DNA of 64,000 nt from a bacterium (GCA_963675755.2 CAXXMD010000002.1:1152001-1216000), one strand, 5' to 3'. Shown: positions 1 through 9,959, counted from the stretch's first letter. Translations and numbers: made by a program. The notes: generated by a model from the sequence alone, not told the origin.

Positions 1-297
1 AGTAACAGTTGTACCTTTACCCAATTTCGATTTCAAAATCATTCGTCCGCCGGCTTCATTTGCTGCCTGATTCCAGAATGGTAATCCCATTCCTACTGAA
101 CGTGTGGTTCTTGAGGTAACAAAGGGATCAATAACTCTTGCCTGAGTTACTTCATCCATACCTCTTCCATTGTCACGTATCGTTACCGACAATCGGTTTT
201 GGTTATGAGATTCATCAATGAACAAAATCACGCGCGAAGCCTCTGCTTCTATGGAATTTGTAACAATATCCAAAATATTTAATGATAATTCACGCAT
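1..297 (-). CDS. Stand-alone HATPase_c (histidine-kinase-like ATPase) protein typical of hydrogenase clusters, 3' end beyond window
   Basis: Not in ORF track. Manual translation from ATG at 297 gives MRELSLNILDIVTNSIEAEA...IRDNGRGM...DPFVTSRTTRSVGMGLP...SKLGKGTTVT, with N, G1, F and G2 boxes. It starts immediately after the PHP gene stop. Confidence 0.85.
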   Translation of the reverse strand, partial: MRELSLNILDIVTNSIEAEASRVILFIDESHNQNRLSVTIRDNGRGMDEVTQARVIDPFVTSRTTRSVGMGLPFWNQAANEAGGRMILKSKLGKGTTVT

Positions 298-1059
298 CTA
301 GCTCATCTCCTCCGGAAGTTCAAGAGAGGTTTTACGTCCATCCTGTTTTTTGAGTGCTTTACGAATCTCTTTAAAATCCGGTTTTTCGATATAAAACCAG
401 GTATATTTCGAACCCAACATGCTTATATCGTGGGCATCAGAAGCTGTAATGATACTTTTGGTAGTATTGAGTAAAAAACGATGATTTTTTGAAACATTCT
501 CAAATGGTTGTGCAATTTCAAGCGCATCGAATGGTAAATTGTCGGGAATGAATCCCAATGAGCGTAACAAACTGTACGATTTTCTATCAATATGCGCAGG
601 ATAAATGATACCATTCAAATCTACAACCGTACTGGCAACCTGATAAATATTCAGGCTCACCGGCAGAGCAAACATGCGTTTACTCTCATCAATAATATTT
701 TCCTGAAAATCACAAACATATTGCGGACCAAACATGGATGCATCGTATTCACCAGGCATCAAATGTTCATATATATAGCTTTGGAAATGCCCAACAGCAT
801 CGAGGTCCGGAAATAAACATATAGAGTGCGCATCTTCACGTGTATAGACTTCCATACCAGGAATGACAAAGAGCTTTTCATTTTCAGCGGCTTTAACAAC
901 AGCCTGTGTATTTTCTGCAGAGTTGTGATCCGTAATTGCCAGGATATCCAGTTCATGTTCAAGGGCTGTTTTTACAATATCAACAGGCCCCATTGTCAAT
1001 TCAGCACAAGGCGAAAGGACCGTATGAACATGCAAATCCGCTTTGTACCATTGCAGCAT
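298..1059 (-). CDS. PHP-domain metal-dependent phosphoesterase
   Basis: DLHVHTVLSPC, AITDHNS, PAHIDR and SDAH motifs of the PHP fold. Confidence 0.9.
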   Translation of the reverse strand: MLQWYKADLHVHTVLSPCAELTMGPVDIVKTALEHELDILAITDHNSAENTQAVVKAAENEKLFVIPGMEVYTREDAHSICLFPDLDAVGHFQSYIYEHLMPGEYDASMFGPQYVCDFQENIIDESKRMFALPVSLNIYQVASTVVDLNGIIYPAHIDRKSYSLLRSLGFIPDNLPFDALEIAQPFENVSKNHRFLLNTTKSIITASDAHDISMLGSKYTWFYIEKPDFKEIRKALKKQDGRKTSLELPEEMS

Positions 1060-1063
1060 TCAC

Positions 1064-1405
1064 CTATCTCCCCCGTAATCCAAAATCGTATAATTGGCCT
1101 GCAACATCAAAGGCAGACAGGGTTGTGCTGAAAACAGGTATATTTTTTTCTTTGGCTTTTTCAAGGGCAGAATCGTCAGGAACCAATCCTTCAGGAAAGA
1201 TAACTCCGGCAAGAGACTTGAAAAATACAATTGCAATAACGTTTTCATGTGTTTGATTGGTGATCCACAATGACCCTTTTAATGCATTAGCCATTGCATC
1301 ACTAAGAATATCAGACAAGTAACCAAAATCTACTTCTTTGTTTAGATTCTGTTCACCACTGAGTACTTTTAAATCTAACTTTTTTACGATCTCTTGCAAT
1401 ACCAT
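1064..1405 (-). CDS. DRTGG-domain protein
   Basis: GYLSDILSDAM...LWITNQTHENVIAIV matches the small DRTGG proteins found next to PHP/HATPase genes in hydrogenase clusters. Confidence 0.8.
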   Translation of the reverse strand: MVLQEIVKKLDLKVLSGEQNLNKEVDFGYLSDILSDAMANALKGSLWITNQTHENVIAIVFFKSLAGVIFPEGLVPDDSALEKAKEKNIPVFSTTLSAFDVAGQLYDFGLRGR

Positions 1406-1447
1406 GGGATCTCCCTTCCTCCAAAAAATTCGAACCCATATTATGAA

Positions 1448-2947
1448 TTATTCCATTTTTGAAGCCGGCAGGAACACTGAAAAAGTTGTTCCTTTTTCAT
1501 ACTCGCTTTCAATTTCGATCTTGCCGGCATATGCATCTACAATTTTTTTAACAATTGTTAGACCCAATCCGGTACCGGTTATTTCTCGGGTGTGTTCATT
1601 CTTGGCCCTGAAAAAATCTTCAAACAAGCGTTCTTTATCTTCAGGACGCATCCCTATTCCGGTATCGGTAACATCAATTCGAATATAATGACCATTACGA
1701 CTGCCGTTTATGGTTATGGAACCGTTCTCACGATTGTATTGAATTGCATTGGATATTACTTGAGTAAATAAACGTTGAAGATCAATTCGGTCTGCGTCAA
1801 CAAACAATTGTTCTGTACCACTAATGCGGACTTCAAGGTTGTGCTCCTTGATATCATTTTTCATAAAGTTAAGCCGCTCAGATAAAAGCTCGGAAATATC
1901 CTGTCTGTTAATTTCGCGTCTTACCTTGCCAGCTTCCAGGCGGGTAACGTTTAGCAAATCGTTAATCAGGTTTACAAGCGATTTTGTACGATCTAATGAC
2001 CGTTTTAAATAATTCTCATACAAGTCAGGATCATCGCCCAATGTTTTATCTACAACCAGCTCAAGATAACCCTGTACCGCAGACAATGGTGATTTTAATT
2101 CATGGGCAGCCATATCTACAAATTGAGAACGCATGATATCAATTTTTTTCAGTTCAGAAATATCACGCAAGACAGACACAACACCCAACAATTCGCCTTT
2201 GTCTATAATAGGAGTTGTATTGGCCATTATCACCAGTTTTGCCGGTGGATGAATTATAATCTCTTGCTGTATTGCTTTAACCTGTTCTTTTTTGCTAAAG
2301 ATCTCTCGCAATTGTTTGTTCAACTCGTCTGGCAAAAACTGCCAAACTTTATCGCCTACTTCAATCTTGCTTTCAACGTTTAATAATTTTATAAACCCGG
2401 GATTAAAAAGTACAACCTGCCCTTCCTGGTTGATAACCATAATACCATCATCCAAAGAATTAATAATGGTGCGCATACGCGATTGCTCATGAGCAACCTG
2501 CAGCAATCTTCTTTCCTGCTCTTCACGTAATCTTCTGGCTTCTAAAATATACCAGCGACGTTCAAGAGCACGGTTTACCAGGATTTGCAGTTCATCTGGT
2601 TCAAAAGGCTTGGGTATATACTGGTAAGCTCCCAGTCGTGTGGTTTCAACAGCAGTTTCAATTGAGGCATATGCTGTTACAATCACACAAATAGCTTCGG
2701 GGTATACCAGTTTGATCTCACGTAATACCTGCGTACCCTCCACATCCGGCATACGTAAATCAATAAAGTACAGATCATACTCGTTGGCAATACCCTTTTC
2801 AATGCCTTCTGTACCGTTCGAGGCCGTATCTACATTGTGACCATACATCTCGAGGATGCGTCTAATGCCTTCACGCATCCCCAATTCATCATCAACGACC
2901 AGTATTTTACCTTGTTCAATCCTCAAGTTCTTTAAAAATCTTTTCAC
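1448..2947 (-). CDS. Hybrid sensor kinase REC-PAS-HisKA-HATPase (cytoplasmic)
   Basis: N-terminal receiver (LVVDD, FIDLRMP, PKPF), PAS-like segment, H-box AHELKSPL, DTGIGM and GTGLGL. True start uncertain (2947 or ~2926). Confidence 0.9.
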   Translation of the reverse strand: MKRFLKNLRIEQGKILVVDDELGMREGIRRILEMYGHNVDTASNGTEGIEKGIANEYDLYFIDLRMPDVEGTQVLREIKLVYPEAICVIVTAYASIETAVETTRLGAYQYIPKPFEPDELQILVNRALERRWYILEARRLREEQERRLLQVAHEQSRMRTIINSLDDGIMVINQEGQVVLFNPGFIKLLNVESKIEVGDKVWQFLPDELNKQLREIFSKKEQVKAIQQEIIIHPPAKLVIMANTTPIIDKGELLGVVSVLRDISELKKIDIMRSQFVDMAAHELKSPLSAVQGYLELVVDKTLGDDPDLYENYLKRSLDRTKSLVNLINDLLNVTRLEAGKVRREINRQDISELLSERLNFMKNDIKEHNLEVRISGTEQLFVDADRIDLQRLFTQVISNAIQYNRENGSITINGSRNGHYIRIDVTDTGIGMRPEDKERLFEDFFRAKNEHTREITGTGLGLTIVKKIVDAYAGKIEIESEYEKGTTFSVFLPASKME

Positions 2948-3320
2948 TTAAATATTGTACCAGATCTCTGGGAGAAATGGGTTTTTCCAAATAATCATCT
3001 GCCTTGATCCAGTTTTTCTCTTCATCTGTATCGGTAGAAAAACGGATTCCGGTATCGTGACCGGCTGAAGTCATGATGATTACACGAACGTTTTCAGTAT
3101 TGGGCAGTTTTTTGATTCTGTGGCAAAGTACAAAACCGGAATCAAAATGCTCCATTGCAAGGTCAACAACAACTACAGGTGGATTAAATTCTTTGAATTT
3201 TTCCAAACCTTCTACACTGTCATAAGCAGTTTCTACAGTATAGCCTTCTTTTTCCAAAACGGGTTTATAAATATTGATCAAATCTGTATCGTCATCAACC
3301 ATTAAAATCTTTTTATCCAT
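2916..3320 (-). CDS. Single-domain response regulator receiver
   Basis: LMVDDD, VVDLAME, DDYLEKP. Confidence 0.9.
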   Translation of the reverse strand: MDKKILMVDDDTDLINIYKPVLEKEGYTVETAYDSVEGLEKFKEFNPPVVVVDLAMEHFDSGFVLCHRIKKLPNTENVRVIIMTSAGHDTGIRFSTDTDEEKNWIKADDYLEKPISPRDLVQYLSEKIFKELED

Positions 3321-3334
3321 GCGTACATTTTCCT

Positions 3335-3727
3335 TTAATTCTTGATTTTCAACATTTCAATTACTTTATCATACAACTGTGTATGTGTAACGGGTTTTTC
3401 CATAAAATCATCAACCGGGTTCCAATTATCATCGGGGCCAATGGTGAGATTAAAATTGTGCTCCTGATTCACACTGGTCATCATCAGGATCAAAGTATCT
3501 TTAATATCATCATCTTTACGAATTTCACGGGCAACTTCAAAGCCCTCACCAACTTCGGTCATCATGACGTCGAGTATAACCAAATCCGGTCTTTCGGATT
3601 TGACAAGTTTCAGTCCATCTGAACCGTTATAGGCCTTGCATACACGGAAACCCTTTGATGTAAAAAAGGCACGGTTCATTTCGACCAGATCAACATCATC
3701 ATCAATTATTAATAATTTATAACTCAT
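3335..3727 (-). CDS. Single-domain response regulator receiver
   Basis: LIIDDD, ILDVMM, DDFMEKP. Confidence 0.9.
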   Translation of the reverse strand: MSYKLLIIDDDVDLVEMNRAFFTSKGFRVCKAYNGSDGLKLVKSERPDLVILDVMMTEVGEGFEVAREIRKDDDIKDTLILMMTSVNQEHNFNLTIGPDDNWNPVDDFMEKPVTHTQLYDKVIEMLKIKN

Positions 3728-3741
3728 TTTTCCTCTAGAGT

Positions 3742-5754
3742 TTATTGACCTGTTACAGCTTGAACAGTTTCAAGTGCCATTGGTAAATCAATTAAAAAAT
3801 TGGTGCCGTAACCGGGTGTACTCTGCACTTTGATGTTACCCTTGTGCATTTTTAAAATTCCATAAGCTATAGGAAGTCCTAAACCGGTTCCTTTGCCAAT
3901 TTGCTTGGTCGTAAAAAAGGGTGTAAACAGTTTTGCAACATTTTCCTGAGCTATTCCAACACCCGTATCTTTAAATTCAAGGCAAACACGACTTGCTTCA
4001 TAATCTGTAGTTGCCGATATTGTCAACACACCACCATCGGGCATAGCTTCTGCGGCGTTTATTGCAAGATTTAAAAAGACCTGGTAAATCTGATCTCCAT
4101 CAATATCAACCAGTGGCAGATTCGGATCTAAATTTACTTTAATCTCAATATTTTCAAATAAATGTTGTTTATCTATTACAGAGATCATCTTGCCAATCAA
4201 TTCGGAAAGGTTGTGTTTTTTCAGCTTTAGCTTCCCTTGTCTGGAAAAGTTTAACAATCCGGAAACAATCTTTTGACACCGTTTAGTCTCTTCCATTATA
4301 AATCGCATGTCTTTGGCCTGAGGATCAGTCTCTTCCATTTTTTGCAGAACAAGATGTGCGTAAAGTAAAATGGATCCCAAAGGATTGTTTACTTCATGAG
4401 CTACACCTGCTGCAAGTTGACCAATAGATGCCAACTTTTCATGCTGGATGAGTTGTTCCTGCGTTTCCGCGAGTTGCTCTAATGAATTTTTCAATTCCTG
4501 CTGCATGCGTTGCTGTTTTTCAATGATGAACGGCAGACACATGGCATCTTCTGCTATCCCTTGATAAACAGCAATGGCGTATTCTCTGCAACTGTCATAA
4601 CCACAGGCTCTGCAATTGAGCTCGTCAGACGGATCAAATTTTTCAATCTTTTCCAGAATGGAGCGGATCTCTTTGTCTGAAGGTATCGGCATTTTGCATG
4701 GGCGTGCTTTAAATGTTCTAAACACATCCACATCTCGACATTGCTCAAGGGTACTTTTCCATGACATATAATTGGTAGATTGCCGGTGTGAAGCTGTATA
4801 CTGAACAATTTTTTGTTTACGCGTAAAATAATTAACCGATTTGTTCATAAAGGGTCCATTTATACACCCTTCACAAAACAACACATCAACCAGACTGGCT
4901 TTGATTTCTTGATTTTTAAGACAATCAAACAGTTTGAGAATTTGTTGCTTACCTTCGGTCAAAATGACTTCCTTGTTCATAATATCTAGCGGTAAACCGG
5001 CGCTGCGTAAAAAACCACCGGAAATGGGATACAAGCTGCCCAAATACGGATGCGGTGGATCAAAATCCTTCCAGGTACAATTCTCAGGATCAACACCAAG
5101 TTTTTCCCAAAGTTCTTCAAGTTCATGAAAGGTTAAAACTTCATCTACAGCATCTTTGACTTCTGCATCTCGTATTTCCGTTTTTTTCGCAGTACAGGGG
5201 CCAATAAAAACAGTTTTTACATTGGCGCCATATATTTTTTTTACAACCCTGCCCATGGCAATCATGGGTGATACTACCGGGGCAAGGTCGTTTATTAATT
5301 CTGGTACATACATTTGAATATATGAAAAAATTGCAGGACAAGAGCTTGTAATAAAGGGCCGTTCTTTCTGGTTGTTTTTTTCATTAACCAGGTTTAAATA
5401 AGCGCGATTTATAAGATCGGCTCCAAAGGCAACTTCAACAACATGAGAAAAACCACAAGCGCGTAACGCACCAACCAGTTTGCCGGTTTCCATTTTGGGA
5501 TATGCCGCAGGAAACGATGGCGCCAGCATGGCTACTGTATCCTCATTCTTTAATAATTCCAAAGCATTGTCAATACCTTCCAAAACCGCTTTTGCCTTTT
5601 GTGTACAAACAGTAACACAATGACCGCAGCTTAGACAGCGTTCTACAATGACTTTGGCCTGCCCGTTTTCAACCTTGATAGCTTTTGCCGGGCATTCCCG
5701 AATACAGGAATAACAGCGCTTGCATTTTTCTTCTATTGTCCAAACAACTGGCAT
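3742..5754 (-). CDS. Sensory (group C-like) [FeFe]-hydrogenase fused to histidine kinase: 2x[4Fe-4S]-H-domain-FeS-HisKA-HATPase
   Basis: CKRCYSCIRECP and CLSCGHCVTVC ferredoxin motifs; H-cluster motifs TSSCPAI, GPCTAKKTE, DVLFCEGCINGP; FeS domain NCRACGYDSC...C; H-box AHEVNNPL; PFFTTK, GTGLGL. Confidence 0.9.
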   Translation of the reverse strand: MPVVWTIEEKCKRCYSCIRECPAKAIKVENGQAKVIVERCLSCGHCVTVCTQKAKAVLEGIDNALELLKNEDTVAMLAPSFPAAYPKMETGKLVGALRACGFSHVVEVAFGADLINRAYLNLVNEKNNQKERPFITSSCPAIFSYIQMYVPELINDLAPVVSPMIAMGRVVKKIYGANVKTVFIGPCTAKKTEIRDAEVKDAVDEVLTFHELEELWEKLGVDPENCTWKDFDPPHPYLGSLYPISGGFLRSAGLPLDIMNKEVILTEGKQQILKLFDCLKNQEIKASLVDVLFCEGCINGPFMNKSVNYFTRKQKIVQYTASHRQSTNYMSWKSTLEQCRDVDVFRTFKARPCKMPIPSDKEIRSILEKIEKFDPSDELNCRACGYDSCREYAIAVYQGIAEDAMCLPFIIEKQQRMQQELKNSLEQLAETQEQLIQHEKLASIGQLAAGVAHEVNNPLGSILLYAHLVLQKMEETDPQAKDMRFIMEETKRCQKIVSGLLNFSRQGKLKLKKHNLSELIGKMISVIDKQHLFENIEIKVNLDPNLPLVDIDGDQIYQVFLNLAINAAEAMPDGGVLTISATTDYEASRVCLEFKDTGVGIAQENVAKLFTPFFTTKQIGKGTGLGLPIAYGILKMHKGNIKVQSTPGYGTNFLIDLPMALETVQAVTGQ

Positions 5755-5755
5755 A

Positions 5756-7468
5756 TTATTCTACATCTCTTCTCACATAATGTGTATGCAAGAGTTCATG
5801 GGCTTTGTGACTGTTGGGTTCGCCAAGAAACTCTTTATACAATTTCTGAACAGATTCATTCTGATGTGAACAACGCATTGGCAGTTCTTTATCGATCTTG
5901 TAAATTGCCTGCATACGTTTTTCAGTTTTTTCAGGATCAGAAGGCAATGGCTGACCACCACCATTGATACAACCACCGGGGCAAGCCATAACTTCAATAA
6001 AGTGATATGGAGAAGTTCCTTCATGCATCTGATCAAGAAAATAGTTGATATTTTTCAATCCATTAATAGCAGCAACTTTGAGCTCAATATCATTGATGGT
6101 AACAACAGCTTCTTTAACACCACTGAGGCCACGAATAGGACGGAAATCGATATCGTCCATTTCTTTGCCAGTGAGTACAAAATGTGCTGTACGTAATGCT
6201 GCTTCCATAACACCACCGGCACTACCAAAAATAACCGCAGCACCAGTTGATTCACCCAATGGATCATCAAAGTGTTCTTCTGCCAGGCGGGTAAAATCAA
6301 TACCGGCGTTCTTGATCATTCTTGCAAGCTCACGTGTGGTTACTACCGCATCCACATCCGGGTATTTATCACCCAGTTCAGGACGTTGAGCTTCAAATTT
6401 CTTTGCAGTACATGGCATTACAGATACTACAAATATATCTTTGGGATCAATACCCATCTTTTGCGCATAAAAAGATTTTACAAGCGCTCCCTGCATTTCA
6501 TGAGGTGATTTACAGGTAGAGAGATTGCCCAACAGATCGGGATAAAAATGTTCAATATATTTAATCCAACCCGGACTACAAGAAGTAATCATGGGGATGG
6601 TTCCATTGTTGTTTAGACGACCCAACAATTCAGTTGCTTCTTCCATAATGGTAAGGTCAGCACTGAAATTGGTATCAAAAACAGTGTCAAAGCCCATTGC
6701 GCGAAGTGCTGAAACCATTTGGCCGGTAACAACAGTACCAACCGGCATTCCAAATTCTTCGCCCAGTGCAACACGTACAGCCGGTGCAACTTGAACAACA
6801 ACATGTTTTTCTTTATTATTGATGGCATCCCAAACAACTTTTTCCTGGCTCTTTTCTTTCAAAGCGCCTACAGGACAGTTAACAATACACTGACCACAGT
6901 AAACACAAGGAACTGTGTTCAAACTGTTATCAAATGCAGGAGTAACATATGTTTGGAATCCACGGTTTGCAAAATCAATTGCGCCTACATTTTGTACTTC
7001 ATGACAAACACGGATACAGCGACCACAGAGAATACATTTATCGGGATCACGTTCCATAGACGGGCTTGCAACATCCTGTTTGTTTGAGCGTTTTTCACCT
7101 TCATAGCGCAGGCTGCGAACACCATATTCAGCAGCAAGGGTCTGTAATTCACAATTTCCATTGCGAACACATTGCAAACAATCAGCCGGGTGGTTGGCAA
7201 TCAACAACTCGATGATGGTTTTTCTTGCGCGTCTTACCTTGGGTGAATTGGTTTGCACCTTCATTCCGTCAGCTACCGGAAACGCACAGGAAGGTACAAG
7301 ATTGCGCTGTCCTTCTACTTCAACAACACATATACGGCATGAACCGGTTGGCGAAAATCCTTTCAGGTAACACAATGTTGGTATTTTAATACCTTCACGG
7401 TCAGCTACGGTCAGGATCGTTTCACCCGGATTGGCCCAGCACTCTTTATCATTTATTATAATTCGCAT
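5756..7468 (-). CDS. hydA: [FeFe]-hydrogenase catalytic subunit (group A3, HydA/HndD-like)
   Basis: N-terminal 2Fe-2S (IPTLC...CRIC), His-ligated cluster HPADCLQC...C, two CxxCxxCxxxC motifs; H-cluster motifs TSCSPGW, MPCTAKKFE, EVMACPGGCINGGG. Confidence 0.95.
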   Translation of the reverse strand: MRIIINDKECWANPGETILTVADREGIKIPTLCYLKGFSPTGSCRICVVEVEGQRNLVPSCAFPVADGMKVQTNSPKVRRARKTIIELLIANHPADCLQCVRNGNCELQTLAAEYGVRSLRYEGEKRSNKQDVASPSMERDPDKCILCGRCIRVCHEVQNVGAIDFANRGFQTYVTPAFDNSLNTVPCVYCGQCIVNCPVGALKEKSQEKVVWDAINNKEKHVVVQVAPAVRVALGEEFGMPVGTVVTGQMVSALRAMGFDTVFDTNFSADLTIMEEATELLGRLNNNGTIPMITSCSPGWIKYIEHFYPDLLGNLSTCKSPHEMQGALVKSFYAQKMGIDPKDIFVVSVMPCTAKKFEAQRPELGDKYPDVDAVVTTRELARMIKNAGIDFTRLAEEHFDDPLGESTGAAVIFGSAGGVMEAALRTAHFVLTGKEMDDIDFRPIRGLSGVKEAVVTINDIELKVAAINGLKNINYFLDQMHEGTSPYHFIEVMACPGGCINGGGQPLPSDPEKTEKRMQAIYKIDKELPMRCSHQNESVQKLYKEFLGEPNSHKAHELLHTHYVRRDVE

Positions 7469-7483
7469 ATCTTCCTCAGTTTG

Positions 7484-9493
7484 TTATTCCACATAAATGG
7501 CATCAAATTTACAATTGGCTCTACACTGATCACAGCGTATACATTTATCATCAATAATGTAATGTGCTTTTTTACGTTCGCCCAGAATAGCATTTTCAGG
7601 ACATTTTCTTGCACAAACCGTACAACCGGTACATTTATCTGTATCAATTTTATATGTCAACAGGTCTCTACAAACACCAGCGCGGCATTTGCGATCGTAC
7701 AAGTGTTCTTCATATTCTTCACGAAAATAACGTATTGTGCTCAAAACAGGATTCGCAGCAGTTTGTCCCAGTCCACACAATGAAGTATTAATAATCACTT
7801 CTGACAGACGTTCAAGGTAAACCATACCCTGGAAACGCATTAGTGAATCTTCGGCAGATTTTTCAGCACGATGACTGGATGACAAGCGTTCTAAAATTTC
7901 CAACAACCGTTTTGTACCTTCACGACAAGGAATACATTTACCGCATGATTCTGACTGGATAAATGTCATAAAGTACTTGGCAAGATCAACCATACAGGTT
8001 GTTTCATCCATAACCACCAGACCACCTGATCCCATCATGGCGCCAATGCTCTTGAGTGATTCATAATCAACAGGAGTATCGATAACAGAATCTGGTAATG
8101 CACCACCAGAAGGACCACCAATCTGTACAGCTTTGAACTCTTTACCATCAGGAATGCCACCACCAATATCAAAAACGATTTCACGAAGTGTAACACCCAT
8201 AGGAACTTCAACCAGACCTACATTTTTCACTTTACCGGAAAGAGCAAAGATCTTGGTACCTTTTGAATTTTCTGTACCAATCTTTGAATACCAGTCAGCG
8301 CCATTGCGCAAGAGTACCGGTACATTTGCAAAAGTTTCAACGTTATTAATAATGGTCGGTTTACCAAACAATCCTGCATCTGAAGGATAAGGTGGTTTAG
8401 GTCGCGGCATACCGCGTTTACCTTCAATAGAATTCAACAATGCGGTTTCTTCACCACAAACAAATGCGCCCGCACCTTTTTTAATCTTTAAATTAAAACT
8501 AAATCCTGTACCCAGAATATTGTCGCCCAACAGGCCATAGGCTTTAGCGTCTTTGATCGTTTTTTCAAGTCTTGCAATAGCAAGTGGGTATTCAGCACGA
8601 CAGTAAACATAACCTTCATCTGCACCAATTGCAAAAGCGGCAATAGCCATACCTTCTACCATCAAATGAGGATCACCTTCCATTACCGCACGGTCCATAA
8701 ATGCACCAGGATCGCCTTCATCCGCATTACAAACAACATATTTTTTATCACCTTTAGACTGAGCAGCCAGTTTCCATTTCAAACCGGTTGGAAAACCACC
8801 GCCGCCACGACCGCGAAGCCCGCCGTCCAAAACTTCTTTAACCACTTTTTCAGAATCCATTTGGGTCAAAGCTTTGGTCAAAGCCTGGTAACCGCCATTG
8901 GAGATATATTGGTCAATACTTTCAGGGTCAATTACACCACAATTGGCCAAAACGACTTTTTTCTGTTTTTTAAAGAATGGAATATCTTCCATTTTATTAA
9001 CACTGGACCAGTCACCTGCATGACCATTTTTCTCATATACACCCAGTGTTTTTCCTACAATCACTTGTTTATTGATTATGGTCTGTTCTACAATTTCAGG
9101 AACATCTTCAACAGTAACTTCACAATAACTGATTCTTGGATAATTGGGTAATTTAATATCAACAATTACTTCACGTGCGCAATATCCAACACAGCCGGTA
9201 GAGATCAGCTTTGCATTAATATTTTTTTCATTCAATAATGTTTTAAAAGCATCATATATTTTTTGCGCGCCATTTGCTAAACCACAGGTACCCATACCCA
9301 GCAGGATAACAGGTTCCTCGTGGTTTTCTAAAAGAATTTCATCTTTTAAACTTTTAACAGCCTGCAATTCAGCTTCCGAATGGCCATTTCCGTCGCCATT
9401 GGAACTCAGACATTCTATTAATGATTTCACCGGAAAGTCCTGATCTTTCCATAAATTGGTGAAAAGGTTTTTATATGTATTCATATCAGCCAC
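7484..9493 (-). CDS. hydB: [FeFe]-hydrogenase NADH/FMN-binding subunit (HydB, NuoF-like) with N-terminal thioredoxin-like 2Fe-2S and C-terminal 2x[4Fe-4S]
   Basis: GLRGRGGGGFPTG, CNADEGDPGAFMD, GAFVCGEET, GGPSG, ESCGKCIPCREG, C-terminal CTGCTVCARKCP/CIRCDQCRANC. Start moved to GTG 9493 after a GAGGA RBS (ORF track 9529). Confidence 0.93.
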   Translation of the reverse strand: MADMNTYKNLFTNLWKDQDFPVKSLIECLSSNGDGNGHSEAELQAVKSLKDEILLENHEEPVILLGMGTCGLANGAQKIYDAFKTLLNEKNINAKLISTGCVGYCAREVIVDIKLPNYPRISYCEVTVEDVPEIVEQTIINKQVIVGKTLGVYEKNGHAGDWSSVNKMEDIPFFKKQKKVVLANCGVIDPESIDQYISNGGYQALTKALTQMDSEKVVKEVLDGGLRGRGGGGFPTGLKWKLAAQSKGDKKYVVCNADEGDPGAFMDRAVMEGDPHLMVEGMAIAAFAIGADEGYVYCRAEYPLAIARLEKTIKDAKAYGLLGDNILGTGFSFNLKIKKGAGAFVCGEETALLNSIEGKRGMPRPKPPYPSDAGLFGKPTIINNVETFANVPVLLRNGADWYSKIGTENSKGTKIFALSGKVKNVGLVEVPMGVTLREIVFDIGGGIPDGKEFKAVQIGGPSGGALPDSVIDTPVDYESLKSIGAMMGSGGLVVMDETTCMVDLAKYFMTFIQSESCGKCIPCREGTKRLLEILERLSSSHRAEKSAEDSLMRFQGMVYLERLSEVIINTSLCGLGQTAANPVLSTIRYFREEYEEHLYDRKCRAGVCRDLLTYKIDTDKCTGCTVCARKCPENAILGERKKAHYIIDDKCIRCDQCRANCKFDAIYVE

Positions 9494-9506
9494 AATATCC
9501 TCTTTT

Positions 9507-9959
9507 TTATTTTTGCCGGTATTCTGCAATTAATTTTTGTATTTTTTTAACGGTCAAATGACCATAATATTCATCATTGATTGATATTACCGGGGCTATA
9601 CTGCATGCGCCAATACAAGCAACGGTTTCGATTGAAAATTGTAAATCTTTGGTTGTATCTCCAGCTGAAATTTCCAGTTCATTTTCTAATGTTTGTAAAA
9701 TATCCAAAGAACCTTTCACATGACATGCTGTACCACGACAAACGCGAATAATATATTTGCCCAAAGGCTTTAATCGAAATTGGTTATAAAATGTAGCCAC
9801 ACCATAAATACGGCTGACAGGCAGCTTGGTATGAGTTGCTACTTTATTCATTTCTTCTTCAGACAAGTATCCCTGAACTTCCTGAATATCCTGCAAAATA
9901 GGAATCAGGACTGATGGATCACCCGGAGGATACTTTTCAAAAATCTGTTGCGTCTCCAT
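9507..9959 (-). CDS. hydC: [FeFe]-hydrogenase 2Fe-2S subunit (HydC, NuoE-like)
   Basis: VATFYNQF, VCRGTACHVKG, ACIGACSIAP. Confidence 0.93.
   Translation of the reverse strand: METQQIFEKYPPGDPSVLIPILQDIQEVQGYLSEEEMNKVATHTKLPVSRIYGVATFYNQFRLKPLGKYIIRVCRGTACHVKGSLDILQTLENELEISAGDTTKDLQFSIETVACIGACSIAPVISINDEYYGHLTVKKIQKLIAEYRQK

Noticed and set aside
7484-9959. NuoE/NuoF-like genes as respiratory complex I
   Set aside because: They are followed by an H-cluster subunit and no membrane nuo genes; they are HydC and HydB.
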